DNA from: Anthoceros angustus
Lineage: Eukaryota > Plantae > Anthocerotophyta
DNA length: 64,000 nt
Assembly: GCA_010909165.1 (NCBI GenBank)
Contig: VJWM01000106.1
Location: 1,006,380-1,070,379 of the forward strand
Direction: 5' to 3'
A model generated the notes under the pieces. That model did no database searches. It was given only the letters and a program-made list of their open reading frames with translations, and was not told the DNA's origin. Made by a program: the position numbers and the translations under genes. Positions 50,107 to 59,949 of the stretch are shown piece after piece (position 1 is the first letter of the stretch; every line of letters starts with the position of its first letter).

Positions 50107-51974
50107 CTATGCCAGCACTGTACCTGACTTAGTGTAACCATTCATGCTCGGCTTCAGCTTTAGAGCTCAGCACATCGTTGCATTTGTGCGTTTTGTAAAG
50201 AGGTCAAATCCGCTTCTCCCAAGTTTGTCGTGGTGAAGCGCAACAAATCCTTGCTGTGTATGGCTGGATCACACAGCCAAAACTCGTTCTCGCCGTTTGA
50301 ACTTCGCACTCGCACGCCCTGGAGGTCAGTCACCATGAGGTGACCTTTCGACCTTTCATGCGTCCAGTGACTAAACGCCTGCAAGGTAGCAGCGTAATCT
50401 GCCGTATTTACATATCCAGCATTATTCGAATACTTTATCCATGTCCCTTTCAGAAATTTCTCCATGTTGTAGAAAAGGCATGGCCCGCCGGATGCACCTT
50501 CTACATTGAGAGTTGTTACCATGGAGAACGTCACCTGCTTAGCCCCTGCCAGGTTCCTCATCTTCTTGTTAAATTCTGTGGCCATCTGTGCAGACACAGT
50601 TTGCACCTCCATCTGCTCCAGATACCGCTCTTTCTGGTGAACATCCAAGCTCTTTGCAGCCAAAGGCACCTTGAACCTCTTGACCACCATGGGAAAGGAT
50701 GTTCCTGCAGAGGCATTCGTTACCTGCGCATAATAAGGCCACCGCATAGCTCCACTTCCACTGAACGGATGTGGTGCTATCTGCACATAAACCGTTGGCA
50801 TTGGCTCCAGTTCAAGATTCTTGCCGGAAGCCAGTCTCTCCAAAAGCTGATCCAAGGAGCCGTAGAACTTGCCCCTCAACTGCTGCGCAATCCGAGAGGG
50901 AATTTTCTGCCAATCTCCGGGAATCCCAGGCTGCACCGTCTCGAAAACGTACGTGTCGGGGCGGCCTTTTGATTTGCCAAGACAGCTCAATGTACTGGAG
51001 ATGGTCTCGTTGGAGACCGCGACCACCTTCAGCGGTATGTCGCTGATGTTGTTGAAGAGCTCCTGCTGTATCCACCCTCCCTCCACCTCTTTCTGAAATT
51101 CCGTCACCATCTTCTTAGTAGACTGGTTGAGGTGACAAAATGTGTAGCTTGAAATTTTGCACCGATCGCGCAAGGTCCGAAGCAGAACGCCAATATCCCG
51201 ACGCAGCTTGTCCCCGTCGGGGTACCTGTCTCCAACCCCGTCATGAAACCGCCTGCCATGGCAAGGAGCGTCACCAATGTGAATCAACACACGATTAGCT
51301 GCCTGCCAGCTCAAATTGGCCACATCCTCTAGGCCACTAAAAACATCTTCCGCATCATCCAGGCCAGCGCCGGATGCCTTCACTTCTGACAGGGCTGTCA
51401 CCAAGACGCTGCCATTACCGCGGAAGCTGGTGGTAAAGTCACATCTCTTGTAAGGGGGATCGTCGTAATCCCGGTAAGACGCGAACGCCACTCGCAGCTT
51501 GGACTGAGGATGTGCTTCCGCGATGCCCTCCGCCACAGAAGCCACCTGATCCTTCACCATATCTATGCAATCTGTCATGCTCAATGTAGCATCCACCAGG
51601 AAGGCAAGGTCCAGAGCCTGCGCCTTGCGGATGCTGATGCTCAGCTCAGTCTTGCGCTTCTGCGTTGCATCCTTGTGGTGCCGTTCCAGGTAAGACAGCC
51701 GCTCATTCTTGGCTGCGAGCTGAGCTTCCACTATGGCCAGCTTCTGGCGCGTTTGAGAGGATGCAGCGTCTCGGGCCGCGCTGCTGCTGGTACAGGTACT
51801 GCTCCTGCTCCTGCTGCTGCTTCTGCTTCTGCTGCCTGTCTCACTCGATGAGATGTTTGCTTCGAGCTTCTGCAGTTGCAGCTTCAGCTTCTCCAATTCC
51901 AACCTCGTACTGCTCCTGGTTGCGGATCTAAACTCACAAGAATTCTCCTCAATGGCCGACAGTCGGGACGCCAT
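50107..51974 (-). CDS. Type A coiled-coil-VWA-alpha-kinase (VwkA-like domain architecture), near-intact, intronless
   Basis: Continuous 612-aa ORF with heptad repeats (LELEKLKLQLQKLEA), Ser linker, VWA (DLAFLVDATLSM, DDAEDVFSGL, IGDAPCHG) and alpha-kinase (PFSGSGAMRWPY, VVKRFK, EQMEVQ, KYSNNAG, QAFSHWTH, DLQGV, DPAIHS). Three small deletions at 50165-50215 shift the final Zn-binding segment relative to the copy at 11292. Confidence 0.9.
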
Positions 51975-53553
51975 GGAGCTTGCTGCAATTGCGAACAAAT
52001 GCTAGGTTGTTGGAGCGTGTTTCACTACGCAGCTCTGTCCCCTTGTGCAGGCGGCGGAGGGAAACTTCTGGAAATGATAACGGCCGCCGCCAACGGCAAC
52101 CCCGCTGCCGCTAGGCCGTTAAGAGCCTGCAATCGACGTATAACCTGCAACGCTGCGTTAAGGGCAAAGCCTGGAGGCCACGCTGCGTTAAACGCAAAGC
52201 CTGCAGGCCATTGGGGTCAAGAGTACGGACGCCGAGGTCACGCCACGCTGCGTTTTAGACATTTGGGGTCAAGAGAACGGACGCCGAGGTCACGTCATCA
52301 CGGGGAACGGGGGAACGAACGATCATTCCGGGTTTTGATGGATCGAACGTCCTCCGGTTTTAGTGTGGATGTCACACCAATATTACACCCATATTCATAC
52401 AACAATAACAACAAACTTTATTTATGTCCGTTAAGGATGGAAGGACCATACATTCATACACATCATCGGATGCAACTAGATAAAGATAAGAGCAGACAGT
52501 TTATTGAAAGAGAATATAATCCTATTTTATTTAATAAGATATGGGTTATATGCACTAACCATATTAGGTCCTAAGTACATAAACACGCAGACACACTTTA
52601 CACATTACATCTATACCTAGGCGGGCTTGGGCTTATATAATCCTCGGTTTTAATCCTATTGATTTCTAGAAGATATTCTGTAGAAATTATATGAGTTTTT
52701 AGAAGGTTTTGCTTTGCTGGATGGGATGCTTTCAAATTTTGCCGTAGACGATAACAGCCGTCCCATCTCCCCGACCCTGATTTGTTCATGAGTGGGTTTA
52801 CGGATAGCTAGCGGAGTTTTGATGGACAGGCTCTGACGGAGTCGCTCCTTATGTGTACACGCCGTAGTTGCTATGATTCGAGTTAGCACACCACATTCCC
52901 AGGAAATGTGCACACCTCGTCGTTGCACACGGCCCGATGGACCAAAGTCTGGGCAGAAGAGAAACACTTTGCCCAACCTATTTTCTGGCCCTGCCCATAC
53001 CCAGCTACCCAGCGTCGATGGCGTCATTAATGGATTGGCGGGTGGACCTGACACGGATAGGCCGGCCCATCGTCACCTGCCTCTTACGCGTGACGCTGGT
53101 ACGTCCGAGGCAGAACGGGGCGTAATTATAAGCTCAAGTGTAGCAGAGTAGCTCAGCCTCAGTAGGCGGCGGCGTGAGCTCAAGGGGCGTAATTATACGC
53201 TCAAGCGTAGCTCAGCCTCAGGAGTTGGCGTAAGCTCAAGGGGCGTAATTAGAAGCTCAAGCCTCAGTGGCTTAAAGCTTGAGTAACGAGTAACGCTGGC
53301 GCGGCTTAGAAATGAGGCGAGGAAAGGAATGCGCTTCACTGTCTCGGACTTCAGTGTTCGCAATTTCCGCCACCGGGTTGTACATCGACGTCTGTACCAC
53401 TGTGGCGACGGCGGATTCCTGGAAGTTCTAGCTAGCTGCTGTGCATCGCGGAGCTACAGTGAGGCCGGATTTGCAAATACAGGACTGGTATTGAGGCGGC
53501 TGCCCTACCGGGAACGACATAACCAGTCACCAAGAAACAACGTGAAGCCCGAC
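51975..53553. promoter_or_regulatory. Divergent intergenic region between types A and B (putative bidirectional promoter); contains the empty copia A site at ~52683-52687
   Basis: Head-to-head orientation; short tandem motifs at ~52150-52260 and ~53115-53270; TGACGTG on the - strand at ~52291-52297. Confidence 0.5.
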
Positions 53554-54369
53554 ATGGGCACTGCGGCGCCGAAACCAGTAGTGGAACCGAACTGGGAAAC
53601 GATTCCCTATCACAAGGCGCAGCAATTCAGTTTCAAGGTTTACGATTCCTTGGATGACCTTTTGGCCAGACTGGAATCCGCATGAATCTTGAACTGGAAG
53701 CTATCGCAGCAATTGCTCTTCAGGTTGCTCCAAACCCATTCAGCAATGAAGGGCTAATAGGTGGCCTTTTCATGCCCGGGTAATGAATGACTCGTCAGGG
53801 ACACCATTTCCGATGGTGGTGAAGAATTTCAAGGTGCCGGGGCCTGCACGCCTGGATAAGGCGCGGTATCTAGCGCAAATGGAGGTGCAAGTAGTGAGTG
53901 CACGATTGGCCGACGAATTCAATGATAGGACGAGGAACCTGCCAGGGCAAGACGGGTGACGTTCTCCGTGGTCACAACCCTCCAAGTGGAAGGTGCATCG
54001 GGGAGCCGTGCAAATTCTACAACATGGAGAAACCTCTCGAAGGATCATGGAAGAAGTATTCCTGCAATAGCGGATATGTGGATAAGTCCGATTACGCTCA
54101 TTCCTTGCAGGCGTTCACTCATTGGACGTATGAAAGGTCTAAAGGTCACCTTATCGTGGGTGACCTCCAGGGTGTGCGAGCGCAGAACCCAGGGTCGGAG
54201 GACGAGTTTTGGCTCAGTGATCCGGCCATCTACAGCAAGATTTACAACGCTTCACCCAGACGAACATGGGAGAATCGGATTTAAGCTCTTCTACGAAACA
54301 CACCAGTGCAACGATGTGTGCCGAGCTCTGAAGCTAAAGGCAGTGGGATCGTATGGCAGAGGCACGTAG
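53554..54369 (+). pseudogene. Type B kinase-only alpha-kinase (copy 3, head-to-head with type A); gene or pseudogene status unresolved
   Basis: Reverse complement of 13881-14698; I see only 1-bp losses and no nonsense substitutions. An alternative upstream ATG lies at 53329. Confidence 0.8.
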
Positions 54370-54455
54370 AGTTGTGGATTATGTTTTGCTTCGCTAGATG
54401 GCTGCGCATGCTTTCAAATTTTGCGGTACATGATAGCAGCAGTCTCATCACTGCC

Positions 54456-54859
54456 TTTCTCAGTCATCAGGCCTTACTGCTCTTTTCAGTCATCAGGCCT
54501 CATAGCTGTACTGCCAAGGAACCTTGTCTTGGGAATTAGAAGATCTGAGTCCGTCCAATCTCGAACATGTGCTGACACCCGTTGCTTGTATGTTCTTCGA
54601 TTTGAATACATACCGAACTTGAGACGTATCGTGGTTGAACTTTCTTGTATGTGCTTCGATTTTATTACATCCCAAGCTTGAAACGTATCGTGGTTGAACA
54701 GTGCGTTGTTGTAAGCACTTTGGAACCCAAATCGAAGTTGTGAATCACGATTTTCAGTGACCAGTCAATGGCCTCCAAGAGCACGATGGATTTGTGCCTA
54801 GGGGAAGCTGTGAGTCTGCAAGAATACCCCACAGTCACACCCTCAACAGGATGAGGCCA
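54456..54859 (-). pseudogene. Captured GT92 3' fragment (copy 3, inverted)
   Basis: Reverse complement of 13391-13795. Confidence 0.9.
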
Positions 54860-55195
54860 CCTTGAGCTTTAGCGCCGAAGGAGGACATACATGCATGCAT
54901 GTAATGTGTGGAGTGACATCCTGTTCAAATCCGGAGGACGTTCGTTCGTTCACCGTGATGACGTGGCCTCGCCGTCCGTACTCTTGGCCCCAATGGCCTG
55001 CAGGCTTTGCCCTTAAGCAGCGTTGCAGGTTACAGCTCGATTGCAGGCTCTTAATGGTCTAGCGGCAACGGGTTGCCGTTGGCGGCGGCCGTTATCATTT
55101 CCAGAAGCTTCCCTCCGCCGCCTGCAGAAGGGGCAGAGCTGCGTAGTGAAAAAACTCCAACAACCTAGCATTTATTCGCAATTGCAGCAAACTCC

Positions 55196-56883
55196 ATGGC
55201 GTTCCTACTACCGGCCATTGAGGAGAGCTATTGGAGATCCGCAACCAGGACCAGAACGAGGTTGGAATTGGAGAAGCTGAAGCTGCTACTGCAGAAGCTC
55301 GAAGCAAACATCTCATCGAGTGAGACAAGCAGCAGCAGCAGCAGCAGAAGCAGTGCCAGCAGCAGCGCGGCCAGGGACGCTGCATCCTCTCAAACGCGCC
55401 AGAAGCTGGCCATAGTGGAAGCTCAGCTCCCAGCCAAGAATGAGCGGCTGTCTTACCTGGAACGGCACCGCAAGGATGCAACGCAGAAGCGCAAGGCTGA
55501 GCTGAGCATCATCATCCGCAAGGCCAGGTGGCTTCTGTGGCGGAGGGCATCACGCAAGCACATCCTCAGTCCAAGCTGCGAGTGGCGTTCGCGTCTTACC
55601 GGGATTACGACGATCCCCTTACAAGAGGTGTGACTTCACCACCAGCTTCCGCGGTGATGGCAGCGTCTTGGTCACAGCCCTGTCAGAAGTGAAGGCATCC
55701 GGCGCTGGCCTGGATGATGCGGAAGATGTTTTAGTGGCCTAGAGGATGTGGCCAATTTGAGCTGGCAGGCAGCTAATCGTGTGTTGATTCACATTGGTGA
55801 CGCTCCTTGCCATGGCAGGCGGTTTCATGACGGGGTAGGAGACAGGTACGCCGACGGGGACAAGCTGGTTCGGGATATCGGCGTTCTGCTTCGGACATTG
55901 CGCGATCGGTGCAAAATTTCAAGCTACACATTTTGTCACCTCAACCAGTCTACTAAGAAGATGGTGACGGAATTTCAGAAAGAGGTGGAGGGAGGGTGGA
56001 TACAGCAGGAGCTCTTCAACAACATCAGCGACATACCGCTGAAGGTGGTGGCGGTCTCCAACGAGACCATATCCAGTACATTGAGCTGTCTTGGCAAAGC
56101 GAAAGGCCGCCCGACACGTCCGTTTTCGAGACGGTGCAGCCTGGGATTCCCCGAGATTGGCAGAAAATTCCCTCTCGGATTGCGCAGCAGTTGAGGGCAA
56201 GTTCTACGGCTCCTTGGATCAGCTTTTGGAGACTGGCTTCCAGCAAGAATCTTGAACTGGAGCCAATGCCAACGGTTTATGTGCAGATAGCACCACATCC
56301 GTTCATTGGAAGTGGAGCTATGCGGTGGCCTTATTATGCGCAGGTAACGAAAGTCTCGGCAGGAACATCCTTTCCCATAGTGCTCAAGAGGTTGAAGGTG
56401 CCTGTGGCTGCAAAGAGCTCGGATGTTCACCAGAAAGAGCGGTATCTGGAGCAGATGGAGGTGCAAACTGTGTCTGGACAGATGGCCACAGAATTTAACG
56501 AGAAGATGAGGAACCTGGTAGGGGCTAAGCAGGTGACGTTCTCCATGGTAACAACTCTCAATGTGGAAGGTGCATCCGGCGGGCCATGCCTTTTCTACAA
56601 CAAGGAGAAATTTCTGAAAGGGTCATGGATAAAGTATTCGAACAATGCTGGATATGTAAATACGGCAGATTACGCTGCTACCTTGCAGGCGTTCAGTCAC
56701 TGGACACGTGAAAGGTCGAAAGGCATACACAGCAAGGATTTGTTGCGCTTCACCACGACAAACTTGGGAGCAGCGGGATTTGACCTCTTTTACAGAACGC
56801 ACAAATGCAATTATGTGTGCCGAGCTCTAAAGCTGAAGCCGGGCATGAATAGTTACACTAAGTCAGGTACAGTGCTGGCATAG
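55196..56883 (+). pseudogene. Type A' VWA-alpha-kinase with MIDAS deletion and an in-frame deletion of the catalytic DLQG...DPA segment
   Basis: Reads RERSKG^IHSKDLL at ~56724, where type A has HLMVTDLQGV...WLCDPA; the 73-nt VWA deletion is at ~55524. Confidence 0.9.
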
Positions 56884-57369
56884 GCATGTTAAGGCAGAAG
56901 GTCGTAGGGATTGTAAGACAAAAGCTTGTAGGTTTGTTAAGTGCGCGCTTTGCTGGATTGGATCCTTCCAAATTTTGCGTAGATGATAGCAGCCATCCTG
57001 GCATCGCTTTATCCCCGAACCGTCGTTTGTGTTTGTAGTGCGGCAGCTTTTTTCCGGAATGCAAACAGCTAGAATTACGAAGAATTTATAGTCTCCAGAG
57101 CACTGCAGGATGTGAACCGTGGATGCGGGAGAATATAAGAGTGGAACGTGGAACGTAACCCGGTCCTTGAGAAACTTTGTAATGATCCCGTAACATTCGC
57201 AAATCCCTGCGCCCGCCTATCAGTAACAATCAGTTACCTGCCTGCCCCGCACGCTCGGACGTTTGACGCAGATTTGGGCGTAGGCTCAAGTAGAACTCAG
57301 GCCAAAAAGGAATGCGCGCGACCGTCCTCGAAATCGTTCGCAATTGCCGCATCTGGGAGGTGGATCCAG

Positions 57370-57925
57370 GTCTAGCGAAGGGGAATTCGTGGAACTCCTA
57401 GCTGCCGGAGATTGCGGAGACCTACTGGGAGGCCAGATCGTTGAGGAAGCGGAGGCTCGAACTGGCCATGGCTGGAATGAGCAAGTCATCGACTAAGACG
57501 AGCAGCAGAAGCAGAAGTACTCCCAGCACGAGCGCGCTGGCTATGGTGAAAAAAGAGCTTGCTGCCAGGAATGAGCGGCTTTCGTCCCTGGAACGACATC
57601 ACCAAGAGGCAACACGGAGCCGCCAGGCTGAGCTCAGCATCGTCATCCAGAAGGAGCAGGCGCTGGACGTTGCGTTCGTGGTGGATGCTACAGGGAGCAA
57701 GAGCATGAAGGCCGCTGGGTGTGGAAGCAACTGGCGGCGGCGGCGATATGGCGGAAGATGTTTTCAGTGGCTTAAGCTTCGAGAGCGTGGCTGATTTGAG
57801 ATGGAAGGCTAGGGCTGGTAACGGTGTTTTGCTTCACATTGCGGACGCTACTTGCCATGGCAGGCGTTTCATGATTTTGATGATGAATCTGGAGACATAC
57901 ATATATCCGGACGGGGACAAACAGA
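57370..57925 (+). pseudogene. Type C relic (diverged, inverted copy 4)
   Basis: ALDVAFVVDATGS, GGGGDMAEDVFSGL, HIADATCHGRRF, YPDGDK; no kinase follows. Confidence 0.85.
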
Positions 57926-58029
57926 TAGTATCCGAACCTCCATATGGTGAAAATCTAGCCGTTCGCCTTGACTTAGGCGAACGTTATGTGAACTGTAATT
58001 CGGGATGTGTTGCACCAATCCTATAGATT

Positions 58030-58920
58030 TTTAATACTCCCATTCACATTGGTGTTACTTCTTTGCTCACTTTTTCTCATAGGTTGTGCAAAGAATTTTC
58101 CATACATTCTGCGAAGAGATTCACTCAATTGTGAGAGAACATGTTTGTGTGAAACATTCACAATAATATTAATAAAGGCTTTTGCATCTTTGTCTATATC
58201 CTTGTCAGAAGTATGATATGAAAGTCTATTTTCCACAAACTTTCACAATCCTTTGTCAATGCGAAGAGATTTCTCACAAGGATGTGTGGTGGTGGGGCCT
58301 CCTATAGTAATAACAAAAGCCTATCACCTTTCTCTTTGCTATGGATGAGTCCAAGTGATAATCAACCAACCTTTGATGAAGTGGTTGGATTGCTCCTACA
58401 AGAGAAGCTTGATGGTTCTTTCGAGACACAAGGAAAGAAAGGCTCGGCACTCTTGCCCAAGAAAGGTACATCACGGTGGAAGACCTCGCAAGTCAGGTCC
58501 GCAGAAGGGATGAAAGATAGGTTTGATCTCTGCCTCCCTCATTTGATCAACCAAGCTTTTCAACTTGTTGACATGTTGTTGAATGATGTTGCCCTCGGCC
58601 ATCTTGAAGTTGGAAAATTCTTTCCAGCTGCATTTCGCTCACCATGCTCTTCTTCTCATAGGTTAAATGCAGAGAATTTTCTATGCATTTTGCGAAGAGA
58701 CACACTCACTCAATTGTGAGAGAACGTCATCTGACACATTCAAGATAATATTAGCCAAGGCTTTTGCATCCTTGTTTATATCCTTTTCAGAAGCGTCATT
58801 TTGGAAGTCCATTTTCCACAAACTTCCATAATTCTTTGTCAATAAGAAGAGATTTAAGCTTCAACTTCCATAATGTGAAGTTCTTGCTGTCAAACCTCTC
58901 CACTTGACTGTATAGTCTCC
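58030..58920 (-). mobile_element. Two degenerate copia gag N-terminal fragments (~58075-58270 and ~58655-58910)
   Basis: VERFDSKNFTLWKLKLKSLLIDKELWKFVE and DKDAKAFINIIVNVS; the two pieces align with each other. Confidence 0.7.
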
Positions 58921-59182
58921 ATATGCACGCCTTTGGATGCCATGCAAAAATAAAAGTTCCTCGCACCAAAACTACTATCAAGCTTCACAAATTTGCAAAC
59001 AAGCTTTCACAGATACTCAGTCTACATGGCTACAAACATTACAATGGAAAGAAAATTGGCAACAGTTCCACATAGGGTGGTGCTGAGTACTTTACACATC
59101 TTCAGAACAACACTATGATACCATATACCTGTAGGTCCCAAGTTCAATATATAAAAAATAGTGTGCTATGCATACATATCTA

Positions 59183-59367
59183 TGTTAGCGTAGAAGTTAA
59201 ACCTAACGCACAGTTAATCATATTTAGGTTATATGGATTTAGGGTTGTCTGGTCAATAGACACATCGATAGTATTTAAACATTTTTGTTATTGCGATTAT
59301 TGTTAATTCCAACTATCGAGATCAGATGCTCTCGCCTACGCCTGCTTTTACACATGGTACCAGAGCC
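59183..59367 (+). mobile_element. Candidate 5' LTR (59183-59354, TG...CA) plus tRNA-iMet-like PBS (tggtaccagagcc) of a third LTR element
   Basis: CA is followed directly by a one-mismatch iMet PBS; TATA-like tatttaaa inside; no partner LTR in the window. Confidence 0.6.
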
Positions 59368-59949
59368 ATGCTTTGTTTCTTTGAGGAAGCTTGAACAAGA
59401 TGCCGAGGCAGGGCGGCTCTAGAGGTCCTCGTCGTGGTGGATCTCCGAGACAATCTCGTCGTGGAGGACGCCCATCAAGACACACAGCACCTTTACCAGT
59501 TAATTCGGTGTTGGACCTTTATGAACACAACTACCCTGCCATTTGGCTACAAAGATTGTTGGCACGTTCCACTCCCGGCAATTCACGGCGTGTTGACCAA
59601 ACTCAAACAACAGATTGTCTTTATAGACCGTGAGAGGAGGCAAAACCACGATCATTCTCGCTCCTTTGGCGTGACTTTCACGATGGCTACCGCGCCGACA
59701 ATCCGTGTCGTTGTAGTAAAGGGTCCACTCAAGAGAGAGACGACAGCTCTTTTGCTGCATTTCACTCGTTTCTCACCTCACTTTAGTAACCGTTCAGTCT
59801 CAACACACACATTCATCGTTTTAGGCATGACTACCCGCAACGTTCACCGAACCGGCCCGGTGTGGCCAAACGTTTAAGGACCCGTTCTCGTCCGCGTCAT
59901 TCAAGTCGTCACTCTTCACTCTAGTCCGTTCCTCTCACCACTCACACTA

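Noticed and set aside
50107-51974. Assigning the gene symbol vwkA or a host species
   Set aside because: Domain similarity alone does not establish orthology, and the species cannot be determined without a search.
50160-51998. Bacterial TerY-P-type (VWA + phosphatase + kinase) defence operon or contaminant contig
   Set aside because: No PP2C gene, the kinase is alpha-type and fused to the VWA, and the genes are interleaved with plant copia elements and GT92 sequence.
51510-52574. Cys-rich and other + strand ORFs overlapping type A and its promoter (also 12773, 30179, 55095)
   Set aside because: Antisense shadows of the (AGC)n linker and GC-rich coding sequence; no independent protein features.
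53554-53575. N-myristoylation signal on type B (MGTAAP)
   Set aside because: Pro at position 6 does not fit the MGxxxS/T consensus, and the true start codon is uncertain.
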